The notes under the pieces are model-generated. The model did not search any database and had not been told where the DNA came from. It saw nothing but the letters and a program-made list of their open reading frames with translations. Below are positions 54,617 through 64,000 of a DNA stretch of 64,000 bases, piece by piece (position 1 is the stretch's first letter; each line of letters starts with the position of its first letter). Source of the DNA: Perkinsela sp. CCAP 1560/9 (lineage: Eukaryota > Protista > Euglenozoa: Kinetoplastea); the NCBI GenBank assembly GCA_965644495.1, contig CBFFSA010000001.1, forward strand, positions 2,542,001 through 2,606,000, written 5' to 3'. A program made the position numbers and the translations under genes.

Positions 54617-55669
54617 ATGCTGCCCTGTGAGGCCAACGCAAAGTTTGTCAAAATATTTTTAGAATTGGCCAACATACATCGCGCACGTTCCGATAAGTTT
54701 CGTACCAAAGCGTATATTACGGCGGCGAAGCAAATTAAAGCCCTTGACTTCCCTATTCGCACAGATGAAGAAGTCAAAAAGATACCAAGGATTGGCGACC
54801 GCATGCGCGAAAAGACACGGGAAATACTAAGAACAGGAACTCTTGCGCAATGGAAAGCAATTTTAAGTGATCCGAAGTGGGAGGCAGCGCAACTCTTCCG
54901 GTCCGTCCATGGATTCGGATTCCTCCAAGCGTATAAATTGGCCTTCGACTACAACTGCAAATCCATTAAAGATGTAGAAAAATGTCGTAAGATCAAATTC
55001 ACCAAAAAACAGCTCGTGGGTCTTAAGTACTATCTAGCAGGTACACAGCGCATTCCATACAACGAAACCGAATTTCTTTCAACCTATCTAAAGCACTTGC
55101 TGCGAGCCGACGTGCGTTCAGATCTCATCGTCAAATGCTGCGGTAGTTTCCGACGCAAATGTCCGACCAGCGGTGATATCGACGTGCTGCTGTCTCTCCG
55201 GGACCAAGAGACCGAAATCAATGTAGAGATGTTTAACAGGTGCGTAAAATCCCTCCGACGTCGTGGTTTCTTGATTGCTACCCTTGTAGAGGGAAAGCAA
55301 GAGTGCATGGGATATTGTACCTTACCGAAGCCCAGTCAAATCAAGAAGTCATTGTCGCCCGACTTGGCGAAGGAGATGGTATCGAAGTTGAAGGCGTTTC
55401 CAACGCCGCACATCGCACGTCGGGTAGATATTCGTTGGGTCTCTCATGGTTCTTATCCTGCAGCGTTGCTTCATTTTACTGGAAGCGCCCGATTTAATGA
55501 GGATACTCGCCTGCATGCCAAGCGCATGGGCATCAAGCTGAACGAATACGGTATTTACAAACTCGACGAAAATGGTGTTCCCCTTCCGCAGCCTCTGAAT
55601 GTTCAAACGGAGCGAGATATTTTTAAAGTATTGGAGCTGGATTATGTTGATCCCGAAAAACGAGACTAA
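54617..55669 (+). CDS. X-family DNA polymerase (Pol beta-like)
   Basis: HhH IPRIG, GSFRR....GDIDVLL, RRVDIR, HFTGS..FN...R..A, LNEYG, TERDIF..L.L.YVDPEKR. Confidence 0.93.
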   Translation: MLPCEANAKFVKIFLELANIHRARSDKFRTKAYITAAKQIKALDFPIRTDEEVKKIPRIGDRMREKTREILRTGTLAQWKAILSDPKWEAAQLFRSVHGFGFLQAYKLAFDYNCKSIKDVEKCRKIKFTKKQLVGLKYYLAGTQRIPYNETEFLSTYLKHLLRADVRSDLIVKCCGSFRRKCPTSGDIDVLLSLRDQETEINVEMFNRCVKSLRRRGFLIATLVEGKQECMGYCTLPKPSQIKKSLSPDLAKEMVSKLKAFPTPHIARRVDIRWVSHGSYPAALLHFTGSARFNEDTRLHAKRMGIKLNEYGIYKLDENGVPLPQPLNVQTERDIFKVLELDYVDPEKRD

Positions 55670-56202
55670 TAAACGAAAATTCTTGCTGAGAAATAAGATA
55701 AACTGTAGGGCAATAGTGAATTAACATAATTAAAGATTATTTCGCATGACATGGAAAATCGAATTGTCTCTAAATTGTTCTTCTATTGAAATATAGTTGT
55801 TCTAAGTTATTAAATAGGATTATGTATGTTAGAGTATGTCAGAGGTTTGAAGGACTAGCCTAGTAGATACTTGTATCTCTTTCGAGCAAGATAGCATAGT
55901 TTATTTTTTTCGCTTGTTTTTGTCATGATGTGACCCCCCGTTCAATAATAAATCTTTTGAACGGCTGTTCAGTTTGTTAATTTTTTGCAGCAATTATCAA
56001 ACTAGTTTGATCAAATGCATCATGTGTATTAATTAATAGCCTAAATTACGCTTTTCGTACGTTGAAATGTTCACTTTTCGACTTTAAAATAATTTTCGAT
56101 TTTGAAAATAGAAGAAACATTAAGAATCATTTCAAAGTAATATTTTTAAATATCACAGTATCTTGTATCTAATCTATTCCATTTTATATCCTTGTTCAGT
56201 CG

Positions 56203-57012
56203 ATGATTTTTAACATTGAGGTAAAAGCAGCGGACACAACTGTTTTTCAAGGCACTAGCTCTAGGAAGACCTCAACGCGTTTGGGAAAAGCACGACCATC
56301 GCTTCCACAAGAATACGCAATGGCAGAATTCATCAGTGCCATAGAGAATCCTCACCGCAGTTGGAACGTAAACACTCCTGCGTGCAAATGGTATCGAGTA
56401 GAATGTACACAAGACGACGTTGTGACGCGCGTCGAATGGTCATCGACCGCTGTGGGGCCTAAACTTCGTGGTCCCCTACACTGGAGACAGTTACCCGCGT
56501 CGCTTGCCTTTTTATCACTGTACTCGAACAAGCTAACAGGAACCGTTGAATTGGGGGAATTACCGCGGAATTTAAAAGCGTTTTTCGCTGAAGTAAACCT
56601 GCTTGACGGGAAATTGAATTTGTCAGACCTGCCTGTCCCAATCAAGCACTTTTATTTGCATGAGAACAATTTTAGTGGGGCCTTGGATTTTTGTAATCTA
56701 CCTCAACAATTAGTGGCGCTACTATTGTCGTCCAATCATTTTACAGGAAGTTTGAACTTATCTGAGCTCCCTCTAAGAATCGAAGACTTGCGAGTCTCTG
56801 AAAATAACTTTGAAGGTACCGTCAACTTAGACAACCTCCCGCCCAGTCTCAACACGCTTCACCTATCCGGCAATAGGAATTTGAAAGGTGTTTGCCGCCT
56901 AGATCGAATACCTTCTAACCTACGCAGTACATCCGTAGGCCTCTTTCGTTTGTCATATTCACGGAATGTTTATAAATTTCGAATTCTACGCACTCAAATT
57001 ACAGAAGAATAG
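56203..57012 (+). CDS. Leucine-rich repeat protein
   Basis: CKWYRVEC cap followed by LP..L..L.L..N.F.G.L.L repeats. Confidence 0.88.
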   Translation: MIFNIEVKAADTTVFQGTSSRKTSTRLGKARPSLPQEYAMAEFISAIENPHRSWNVNTPACKWYRVECTQDDVVTRVEWSSTAVGPKLRGPLHWRQLPASLAFLSLYSNKLTGTVELGELPRNLKAFFAEVNLLDGKLNLSDLPVPIKHFYLHENNFSGALDFCNLPQQLVALLLSSNHFTGSLNLSELPLRIEDLRVSENNFEGTVNLDNLPPSLNTLHLSGNRNLKGVCRLDRIPSNLRSTSVGLFRLSYSRNVYKFRILRTQITEE

Positions 57013-57390
57013 AAAAATACAGATTGTTTAGTGCGTGGAGATGTGTACTACAACGCCATCAGCTAAACCAGGGGGGTCTAAAGTATCTCTTGGCCAATTT
57101 ATGAAAACAATAGCGCATTTGAGAGCTCTCGCGAGGCCCTCCTGTGGAATATGAGTTGTTTTCAGTAGTTTTAGAGGTCGGTGTTTTAGAGCTGCTTTAA
57201 TTGGAAACGTTAATTCCAAAGTTATTTGGAGAACCGACCTCAGAATATGACCTTTTTATAGTATGCCTTTTTCCACATATTTTTTTGTCGTGTCAAATTT
57301 CGAACCAAATAGGGTAGCGAGGGAGTAGTGTCTCCCTCAATAAGGAACTCATTATAGTGTAGTGGAATTCAATAATAATCTTGAAATCAT

Positions 57391-59275
57391 GGTCAAAGTC
57401 AAGCATTATTTCACACTTTCAGAAAAATCTCATATTGACTGGTCATATTGACTTTTATAAAATTTATAGCATCTTAATTCTCTCTTCGAGTTATCTTAAA
57501 CGCTAGCTTAAACTTATTCTAGAACGATTTCCACGTTCTCGCAATACCACTTCACGCCTTGAAACAGGCGACGGAGGGCATGACCGTCTTGTTCTCCTCT
57601 TTTCAGCTTACCGTTTACAACTTCTCCGGCGAACTTCAGCCTGTTGTCTCGCGCTTCTACTCCACTACCAAGTGTGCCGTTGCCCCGCATGCGGACTTCT
57701 TTTTTCAACATTCCGTTCATGCGCTCAGCAGTCTGAGTGTGCACCCCGGTGACAGGATCAACCCAGTGACGGCGATGGTTTACTGTTCCATGGTTGAGTC
57801 TGTTGCCCAAGGCATTGCTGCCTCTCCATCCATCCGTGTGAACAATGGTACGTTCGCTTGTGTCCAGTTAAAACACAGGGTCATTAGTCGAGGAACTACG
57901 GCGGTCTTCCAGCGTGCTTACAAATATCTGCTCAGCTTTCCGAGAACGAGAGGTCTGTGTCAGGAGGTTTGCCCAGGTTGATCCCCCCTGGCGAATGCGG
58001 GCTGGTCGGTTATTACCCCCCCTTTTTGGCTTAGAAAAGCAAGTTTCGTCTTTCTGCATGATAGTAACAGTGCCTCGTGCAGCCGCAGTTCGCATTTCAT
58101 GAACGGAAGCAACAATACGTTCCAACTTTTTTGTCAATTCTGTGACAGTTTGACTACTTAAAAGTGTTTCCAGAGTCAATTGATCACGACCATTGCCGTT
58201 CGTCGTACCATACACGTTCGCACAAAATGAAACTGTTACAAATGAGGTCTTTTTGAATGCAATGAAAAAACGAAATGGGTTTTTCAACTGGATGCATCGC
58301 CGCCCCGGGGCTACAATTGTCCTTGACAACGCGCCAGGGCATGGGGAAGCCAGGAGAATAGGTAAGTTGGAAGACATCAAAATTATTGATTGGCCTTCGA
58401 AATCTCCTGATCTCAATTTGATTGAGAATTTGTGGAGCATGATGGATAAGTACATCCACAGCCATCTCCGTCCACAGAATCGAAAAGAATTACAAGCGGC
58501 TATTCCAAAGGCCAAGGAATATTTGTTGAACGAATGTCACGAGGCGTATGTGAATACGCTAAAGAGTCTTCCCACGCGCCTCGCTATACTACGTGAGCGT
58601 GGAGGTGGGAATACTGGCTATTAAGACCTACTTTCTGGGTACTTTTTGGGCCGTGGTACGTAAAAATTACGAAATTTAGACCCGTTTTTCAATTTGCAAA
58701 ATCTTTAAAATTTCACTTTTGTAACTCATTGGAAATGTTTTCCGGCGAACGTTTTTGTATTTTAAATAGCGTAGACACGATATTCAGAACGAGATCTCTC
58801 GTTTGCAACAAAAATCAGCTTAAACTGCCTCAGGACGCTAAAATGCGGACCTTGTCAGTTTTCGTGGCCCCCCCTGTATAGAATTTGAAGAATTTGGCTT
58901 GGTGTTCGGCGACCGAAGGAACTTAAGAGTGGCTCCATGTGGTATGTACGACTCCGACACAAACGATCGGGGCAGACCCAGTGAACGCCTTTCCGCAGGC
59001 AAATGCGAGTTTCATGCCGCTTGCTACAGCTGACGCTCTGGAAAACAAGTTTGTGGCCTTTCAACCACTCGATAATATCATTTTGGGGGGCGCGGGCGAG
59101 CACACTATAGCTAATACTGTCTGTACATTGGAAATTGGGGCAAAACGAGCAATCCATCGAGAATAGTGCAGAAATATGCGAAAAACATCCTAAAAAACAC
59201 TTTGTAAGTAAAATATGATCAAATGAGAACATCAACTAAAGACTTTTTTTTGTGAAATAATGCTTGACTTTCACC
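57391..59275 (-). mobile_element. Merlin (IS1595/ISXO2-type) DNA transposon, 25-bp TIRs, 8-bp TSD; transposase disrupted
   Basis: TIR GGT(C/G)AAAGTCAAGCATTATTTCACA at 57391-57415 and 59251-59275; TSD GAAATCAT on both sides; transposase from ATG 59157 (MDCSFC..., QKDETCF, TDGWRG, HGTVNH..WVDPVTGVHTQTAE) to 57514. Confidence 0.92.
58186..58876 (+). mobile_element. 3' half of a Tc1/IS630-like element nested in the Merlin transposase
   Basis: VLDNAPGH...WPSKSPDLNLIENLW...SLPTRL...GGNTGY*; right end ...GGCCCCCCCTG|TA; left end deleted. Confidence 0.85.
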
Positions 59276-59588
59276 GAAATCATCTGTAAGAAATATAGAA
59301 TTCAGTATACTCCTCTTCTCATTAATTTCTATAAATGCCATTCCTAATTTTTCTGAAAAAAATTATAGTTTTTCAAAAAATTATGTTTTTGAAGAAACAA
59401 AAGAGGAAAAGCTAGGATAGAGGGGAGAACACCGCAGAAAAAATTGACCCTCACTTCCGACAAGGGCCTTGGATCTCACGTTCTGCGATAGCTTATCGCA
59501 GAAAACTAGCGTTTTTCCATCAGGCAGGATCATTTATCAGGTCTTTTGGCCTAAACATTCTCATTAATTTCTATAAATATAACTATAA

Positions 59589-60892
59589 GAGGGCTGAAAC
59601 CTTTCTAAATTTGCCTGAATTTGCCTAAATTTGCTTTAGAAGTTGTCCATCAAAAAAACCTTTTACTAGGTAGAACTTTACTAGCTAAAAAACATTTACT
59701 AGGTATTCTTCTTTTTTAAACTACATACCTGTATAATAATTGACTTGTCTGACATTGATTTCTTTGTTGTCTGTGTTTTCTGTTTTCTTAAGGTGTATGT
59801 TCGACTACGACCTTCCTCCGAGCAACGATGAATACGTGGATGACGGTCCTGATTCTCCTGATTCCGAGAGGTACTTGACCTTGAGAAAGTGGGTGGCGTA
59901 CTCTACTCAAGAAACGTTCCGCATGCCATTAAAAAGGTCGGAAACTTCAATGGAGTTTTCACGTATGAGTAACGCCGAGAAGAACGCAATCAAGTACTCC
60001 CCTGAGCGACTGCCTCCACCGGAACTAACCCAGCGAATGGAAGATAACATCGTTGCTTTGTGCGCTGGATGGGTGAGCTTGCGACTGCGCCAACTACTTG
60101 ATCCGGAAAGCAACGTTCTTAAATCTTTGTGCAATGTCCCCATTGATGAGAACATATTACTGTACGGTCTTGTGCTCTTGACGAAGTCCCGGGACACGGG
60201 TCTTCTCTTTTTCAAAGACGCGGAGCGATCAGAAATTCATGGGGTAAAGGAGGAAGAGATGCCCGGGCATTGGCAGTGGACGCAATCGACTCAGACATGG
60301 TCGCTGAGCTTCACTGATGTTTCAACCGACGTTATCGCTGGTCACATGAAAGACTTCCTAAAGAAAAATTATGGAGGGGTTTATGAGGATACGAAGAAAG
60401 ATCGCGAAGTTTTGGCCCATTGGTTTAAGACCATGTGGCGAGGGTTGCGTGGCAGCAATGCCCAAGATGGTAAAGTTTACCGGGATCGGAATAAAAAAAT
60501 GAAGGAGAAAGTGGAAGAAAGTAGTACACGCACTGAAAGTATCGTATCCGATTTTCGAAAGTTGCGAGTTGAAATAGAAGAAATGCGTAATGAAATTTCG
60601 ATCCTGCGCAAAAAGGTGCTATGTCTTGAAATTCAAAATTTGAATTCGTCTGTAAAGCAGACGAACTGTGTCGAAACTGAAGCAGTTTCCAAGAAGCGAA
60701 AGCCACATGATTTAGCTGGCCTCTAATGTAGATCTTAAAGAGAAAGTTTATAAAATTCTTATGTTTTATAAAAAGTGAAAAGAAAGCCTTATAAAGCGTC
60801 TTATAAAACGCGTTGTACCCAATATTCCTCACCAGTACTCAATAGGGCGCCACAAAATTTGCCTGAATTTGCTTTACTCAGTTTCAGCCCTC
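59589..60892. mobile_element. Non-autonomous TIR element (12-bp TIR, TAA TSD; Harbinger-like) carrying an ORF
   Basis: TAA|GAGGGCTGAAAC ... GTTTCAGCCCTC|TAA; AATTTGCC repeats at both ends. Confidence 0.78.
59797..60726 (+). CDS. Orphan protein carried by the TIR element; C-terminal coiled coil and KKRK NLS-like motif
   Basis: Uninterrupted ~309-aa ORF; no DDE motif recognised. Confidence 0.65.
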   Translation: MFDYDLPPSNDEYVDDGPDSPDSERYLTLRKWVAYSTQETFRMPLKRSETSMEFSRMSNAEKNAIKYSPERLPPPELTQRMEDNIVALCAGWVSLRLRQLLDPESNVLKSLCNVPIDENILLYGLVLLTKSRDTGLLFFKDAERSEIHGVKEEEMPGHWQWTQSTQTWSLSFTDVSTDVIAGHMKDFLKKNYGGVYEDTKKDREVLAHWFKTMWRGLRGSNAQDGKVYRDRNKKMKEKVEESSTRTESIVSDFRKLRVEIEEMRNEISILRKKVLCLEIQNLNSSVKQTNCVETEAVSKKRKPHDLAGL

Positions 60893-61039
60893 TAAATATA
60901 AATTTTCTTTTTTGTTATAATTTATATTTATAAAAATTAATGAGAGGAGGAGTAATACAGTTACAATGACATTTTAACACCTAACTTACATATTTTTTGT
61001 ATTATGCTTTTTTGACAGAATCATATCACTCCTTGAACA

Positions 61040-63418
61040 ATGAAATCAAAGAAAGGACGCTTCGTGTCACGTTCAACTAATTTTGTTGCTTTTGTACAAG
61101 CTTTGGGAAGCGCAAAATCAAAACAAGAAGAAGATACCTTGATATCGCAGGAACTCGCAAAGTCAAAACTTCAACTTTCAGACAATACAGTAGACGACAA
61201 AATGAGAACTGAACTGATCTTGCTGCTAGCGTATTGTGAAATGTGTGGGCATGCGGCGGATTTCGGGTATTTTAGCGCTGTGAGCATGGCTTCGTCAGTT
61301 TCTCCCGTGGTGAAGCGCATTGGATACGCTTGTGCAAGTCTTTTCCTATCTCCTGAACATGAATTTTCTTACCTTTTGGTGTCCACTTTGCAGCGTGATT
61401 TAAACAGCACGTGTATTCTTGAAATTGAAGCTGCTCTAAGTACAGCTGTAAAAATGGCTAGCGTGGATCTCATAGCCTCACTTATCGATTACACAACGTC
61501 GTTATTGAAGCATGATAGCCCGCGCATTCGAAAAAAAACCGTCCTCTTGTTATGTACTTTTCACCGTTTAGTTCCGAACTCTACAAGTGAAATTCAGGTG
61601 TATTTATCTACTCTGTGTGATCGTGATCCCCAAGTTATGAGCGCCGCTCTCTGTTTATGTGAGGAAATATCGACTACAGATCTGGAAGTTTCACGTCATC
61701 TGACGCCATCGCTGGTGTCGATTTTGAAGCAAATTATTGCACACCGGTTACCTTCCGAGTATGACTATCATCGCCTTCCAGCTCCCTGGATGCAAATACG
61801 TATTCTGCGTATATTTTCAGTTTTGGGAAAGAACGACGAGAAGCTTAGTCAAGAATGCTACGAAGTTGTAAGCGAAGTTATGAGGCGTGCAGACATTGGA
61901 ATAGACATTGGAAATGCCGTAATTTATGAATGCATTTTGTGCGCTATATCTTTATACCCTCAGACATCGATATTGGGGGAAGCTAATCTGCACATCTGCA
62001 AATTTTTAGCGTCCCGTATCGGAAATCTACGGTACGTTGGTCTGGAAGCCTTGGCGCGCATTGCAAAAATTGATCTCTTGTATGCGGTACAAAATCAAGA
62101 ATTGATACTTGAATGCTTGGAAGATTCCGACGTAATGCTACGCAAAAAAAGTTTTACTCTTTTATGCTCGATGGCTAATCCGAAAAATGTTGATTTCATC
62201 GTTCGGCGTTTGGTGCGATACCTTCGATATTTGAAGGATGTGCATCAACGTTCCGACCTTGTACGCCAAATTCTTTGCATATTAGATGACTACTGCACCT
62301 CGCAACCCGAATGGTATATTACTCAAGTAGGTGAGCTATGTCAGCTAGCATCAGAGTCATTACCAGAATCTTTCGTATCTTCCCTTCTCTGCAAATTTAC
62401 TGAACGATTGATTCCACTTTCTGAAAGTCTTTCCTCGAGCGTCATACAAATAAGTAACCGACTTCTGAGTGCGGAACAGACTTTCAGCGATCAGGTATAT
62501 GCCATGTGCACATGGTTCATCGGAGAATTTGGTCATTATTCCCCCTCTTTTAGCCCACAAACCGTGCTGGACTCTCTTTCAGAAATCGTAGACAATTCGG
62601 TTATTGGGTACGATGCCAAACAATGTGCCCTCACGGCCGCACTGAAACTCTTTTTTAGGGTACCCCATCTTGAAATGGACTCAATACATCACGTGATCCT
62701 TGAAAACATGAGTTACTTTTGCATAGAGCTTCAGCAACAGTGTTATGAACTTATACAGCTGTTGAAGGAGGAAAGCAGTTCGTTTACTTTAACTACTTCG
62801 GAAAGTGATGAGGCAAATTTACCCTTTCTGGATGGCTTCGTACAAAATGCCGCGAAACACGGATCTGCCCCATACGACCCGGATGGCCTTTTCACACTTA
62901 AATCACATCACCAAGAGCATTCTGGGCATGACAATGAAGCCTTCAAGCTCTTACTAAAACATCGCAATCCGTCGAGTGAGGAATCGCTTCCGCTACCAGA
63001 TTCAGAGGAGGACATATTGCATTTACCCTCGAAACACAGGAAATGGGGAAAGCATGAAGGAGAGTCTTCGCATCAACTGCGCTCTCCTTCGGTAGACGAC
63101 GTCGCCATAGATGAAGAAATAGCTAGTATGAAAACTATTTCTATGGCGGAATATTCGAAAAATTCTTTTTATGTTACACAGCAGAAAGGTGCTGATAGAG
63201 AAAAGGTACGTAGCAGCCGCCGAGAGAAACTTGCCAAAGAGTTATTCGCAGGCACCAGTGAAACTAGCCTCGTGGAATCCAACGATACGAAAATTTCCAC
63301 AGTAAAACGAAATACCACCGAAAAAAAGCTGTATAGATCTACAGACTCTTCCACTTCAAAGAATAAGAATTCGAACTCTAGTAGTCGCAACACCCTGGAT
63401 GACTTGTTTGGTACTTAG
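61040..63418 (+). CDS. AP4E1: AP-4 complex epsilon adaptin
   Basis: AKSKQEED.LI, YCEM.GH.ADFGY, KRIGY..SLFL..HE..LLV.TLQRDL, LPSEYDYHRLPAPWMQI. Confidence 0.85.
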   Translation: MKSKKGRFVSRSTNFVAFVQALGSAKSKQEEDTLISQELAKSKLQLSDNTVDDKMRTELILLLAYCEMCGHAADFGYFSAVSMASSVSPVVKRIGYACASLFLSPEHEFSYLLVSTLQRDLNSTCILEIEAALSTAVKMASVDLIASLIDYTTSLLKHDSPRIRKKTVLLLCTFHRLVPNSTSEIQVYLSTLCDRDPQVMSAALCLCEEISTTDLEVSRHLTPSLVSILKQIIAHRLPSEYDYHRLPAPWMQIRILRIFSVLGKNDEKLSQECYEVVSEVMRRADIGIDIGNAVIYECILCAISLYPQTSILGEANLHICKFLASRIGNLRYVGLEALARIAKIDLLYAVQNQELILECLEDSDVMLRKKSFTLLCSMANPKNVDFIVRRLVRYLRYLKDVHQRSDLVRQILCILDDYCTSQPEWYITQVGELCQLASESLPESFVSSLLCKFTERLIPLSESLSSSVIQISNRLLSAEQTFSDQVYAMCTWFIGEFGHYSPSFSPQTVLDSLSEIVDNSVIGYDAKQCALTAALKLFFRVPHLEMDSIHHVILENMSYFCIELQQQCYELIQLLKEESSSFTLTTSESDEANLPFLDGFVQNAAKHGSAPYDPDGLFTLKSHHQEHSGHDNEAFKLLLKHRNPSSEESLPLPDSEEDILHLPSKHRKWGKHEGESSHQLRSPSVDDVAIDEEIASMKTISMAEYSKNSFYVTQQKGADREKVRSSRREKLAKELFAGTSETSLVESNDTKISTVKRNTTEKKLYRSTDSSTSKNKNSNSSSRNTLDDLFGT

Positions 63419-63623
63419 CTTCGCACATTGAGCTTGATGGACAGCGTTGTTTACGAGTCATGGCACACGTTGGCAGAAGTCGGGAGTTTGTATGTTATTG
63501 CATTGTAAGGGAATAATAATCATACTGTTATCCCCCCTTACTTCACGACAAGCCCACTGGGTCCCAGTGGTTGAGCAAGATGCGTCAATTTTTTTCCTCC
63601 TACCTACGTCCTAGGGAACATGA

Positions 63624-63883
63624 TTCGATGGCTATGCCACCCATGCTAAAGTGGACGAGGGAGATACCAATAGACTATTGCTATTATAGTACAGGTGCGG
63701 TAGTTTCCCACAGGAAAAAGATATCTCCCTTATGGAATGAGTGCATACAGACGCATACAAAGGTGGGATGCCATTTTTCCTGTGGAAACTGCCGCACTTG
63801 TACTATTGATATTGATCTCCCTCATTCACTTGGAATCACCCTTGGAATCTGTTTGTATCTTCTCCACCAATTATACCATCGAA
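63624..63883. repeat. Imperfect foldback (long hairpin)
   Basis: ATAGTACAGGTGCGGTAGTTTCCCACAGGAAAAA pairs with TTTTTCCTGTGGAAACTGCCGCACTTGTACTAT; outer pairs GAGGGAGAT/ATCTCCCTC and TTCGATGG/CCATCGAA. Confidence 0.75.
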
Positions 63884-64000
63884 CGTTGAATCATTCGAGG
63901 GGCTTCGGGTGTGATCTTATGCGATCTCGAATGGCCTCACTTGATCTTGGCTGATCCCATTTTTCCCCTCGTTGGACACTATGAAGATTTGGATGGTAGC

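Larger units (their letters stand above)
59310..60952. mobile_element. MITE of the same CTCC/TA family as 49352-50197 (copy 2), hosting a nested element
   Basis: TA|CTCCTCTTCTCATTAATTTCTATAAAT ... TTTATAAAAATTAATGAGAGGAGGAG|TA; right subterminal region shared with copy 1. Confidence 0.8.

Noticed and set aside
57868-58515. 215-aa minus-strand ORF as one gene
   Set aside because: Chimera of the Tc1 antisense strand and the Merlin transposase middle segment.
63571-63954. 127-aa ORF
   Set aside because: Overlaps the foldback, TTG start, no recognisable motifs.
1-64000. tRNA, rRNA or SL RNA genes
   Set aside because: None recognisable by eye; a tRNAscan-SE/Infernal run would be needed to exclude small RNAs.

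Overview
Eukaryotic, intron-less, gene-dense DNA with every host gene on the + strand, i.e. a polycistronic-type gene cluster. The gene content points to a kinetoplastid: two KKT10/KKT19-type CLK kinases, a Tc38/RBP38-type ArdC-N repeat protein, an mL52-like protein, a VIPER-type retroelement and CRE/SLACS-type fragments. A Perkinsela-like, non-trypanosomatid lineage is my inference. About 25 host genes are interleaved with an unusually rich set of mobile elements: (i) an apparently intact Gag-YR-RT/RNaseH tyrosine-recombinase retrotransposon (3325-7932) preceded by a ~1.2 kb array of a palindromic TTCCA-N7-TGGAA motif; (ii) two Merlin/IS1595-type elements, each interrupted by a Tc1/IS630-like element with DD32E spacing, one of them carrying a C-terminal SWIM finger; (iii) GAGGG-ended non-autonomous elements, one carrying an intact orphan ORF nested in a TA-TSD MITE; (iv) a pogo-like relic and CRE-like 3' fragments. 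Notable host genes are an ArdC-N/Tc38 x3 + RRM + CCCH + ~21xWG fusion protein, a UbiC-like chorismate lyase and a divergent YTH + PUF-like protein. All family calls come from motif recognition by eye; no database searches were run.
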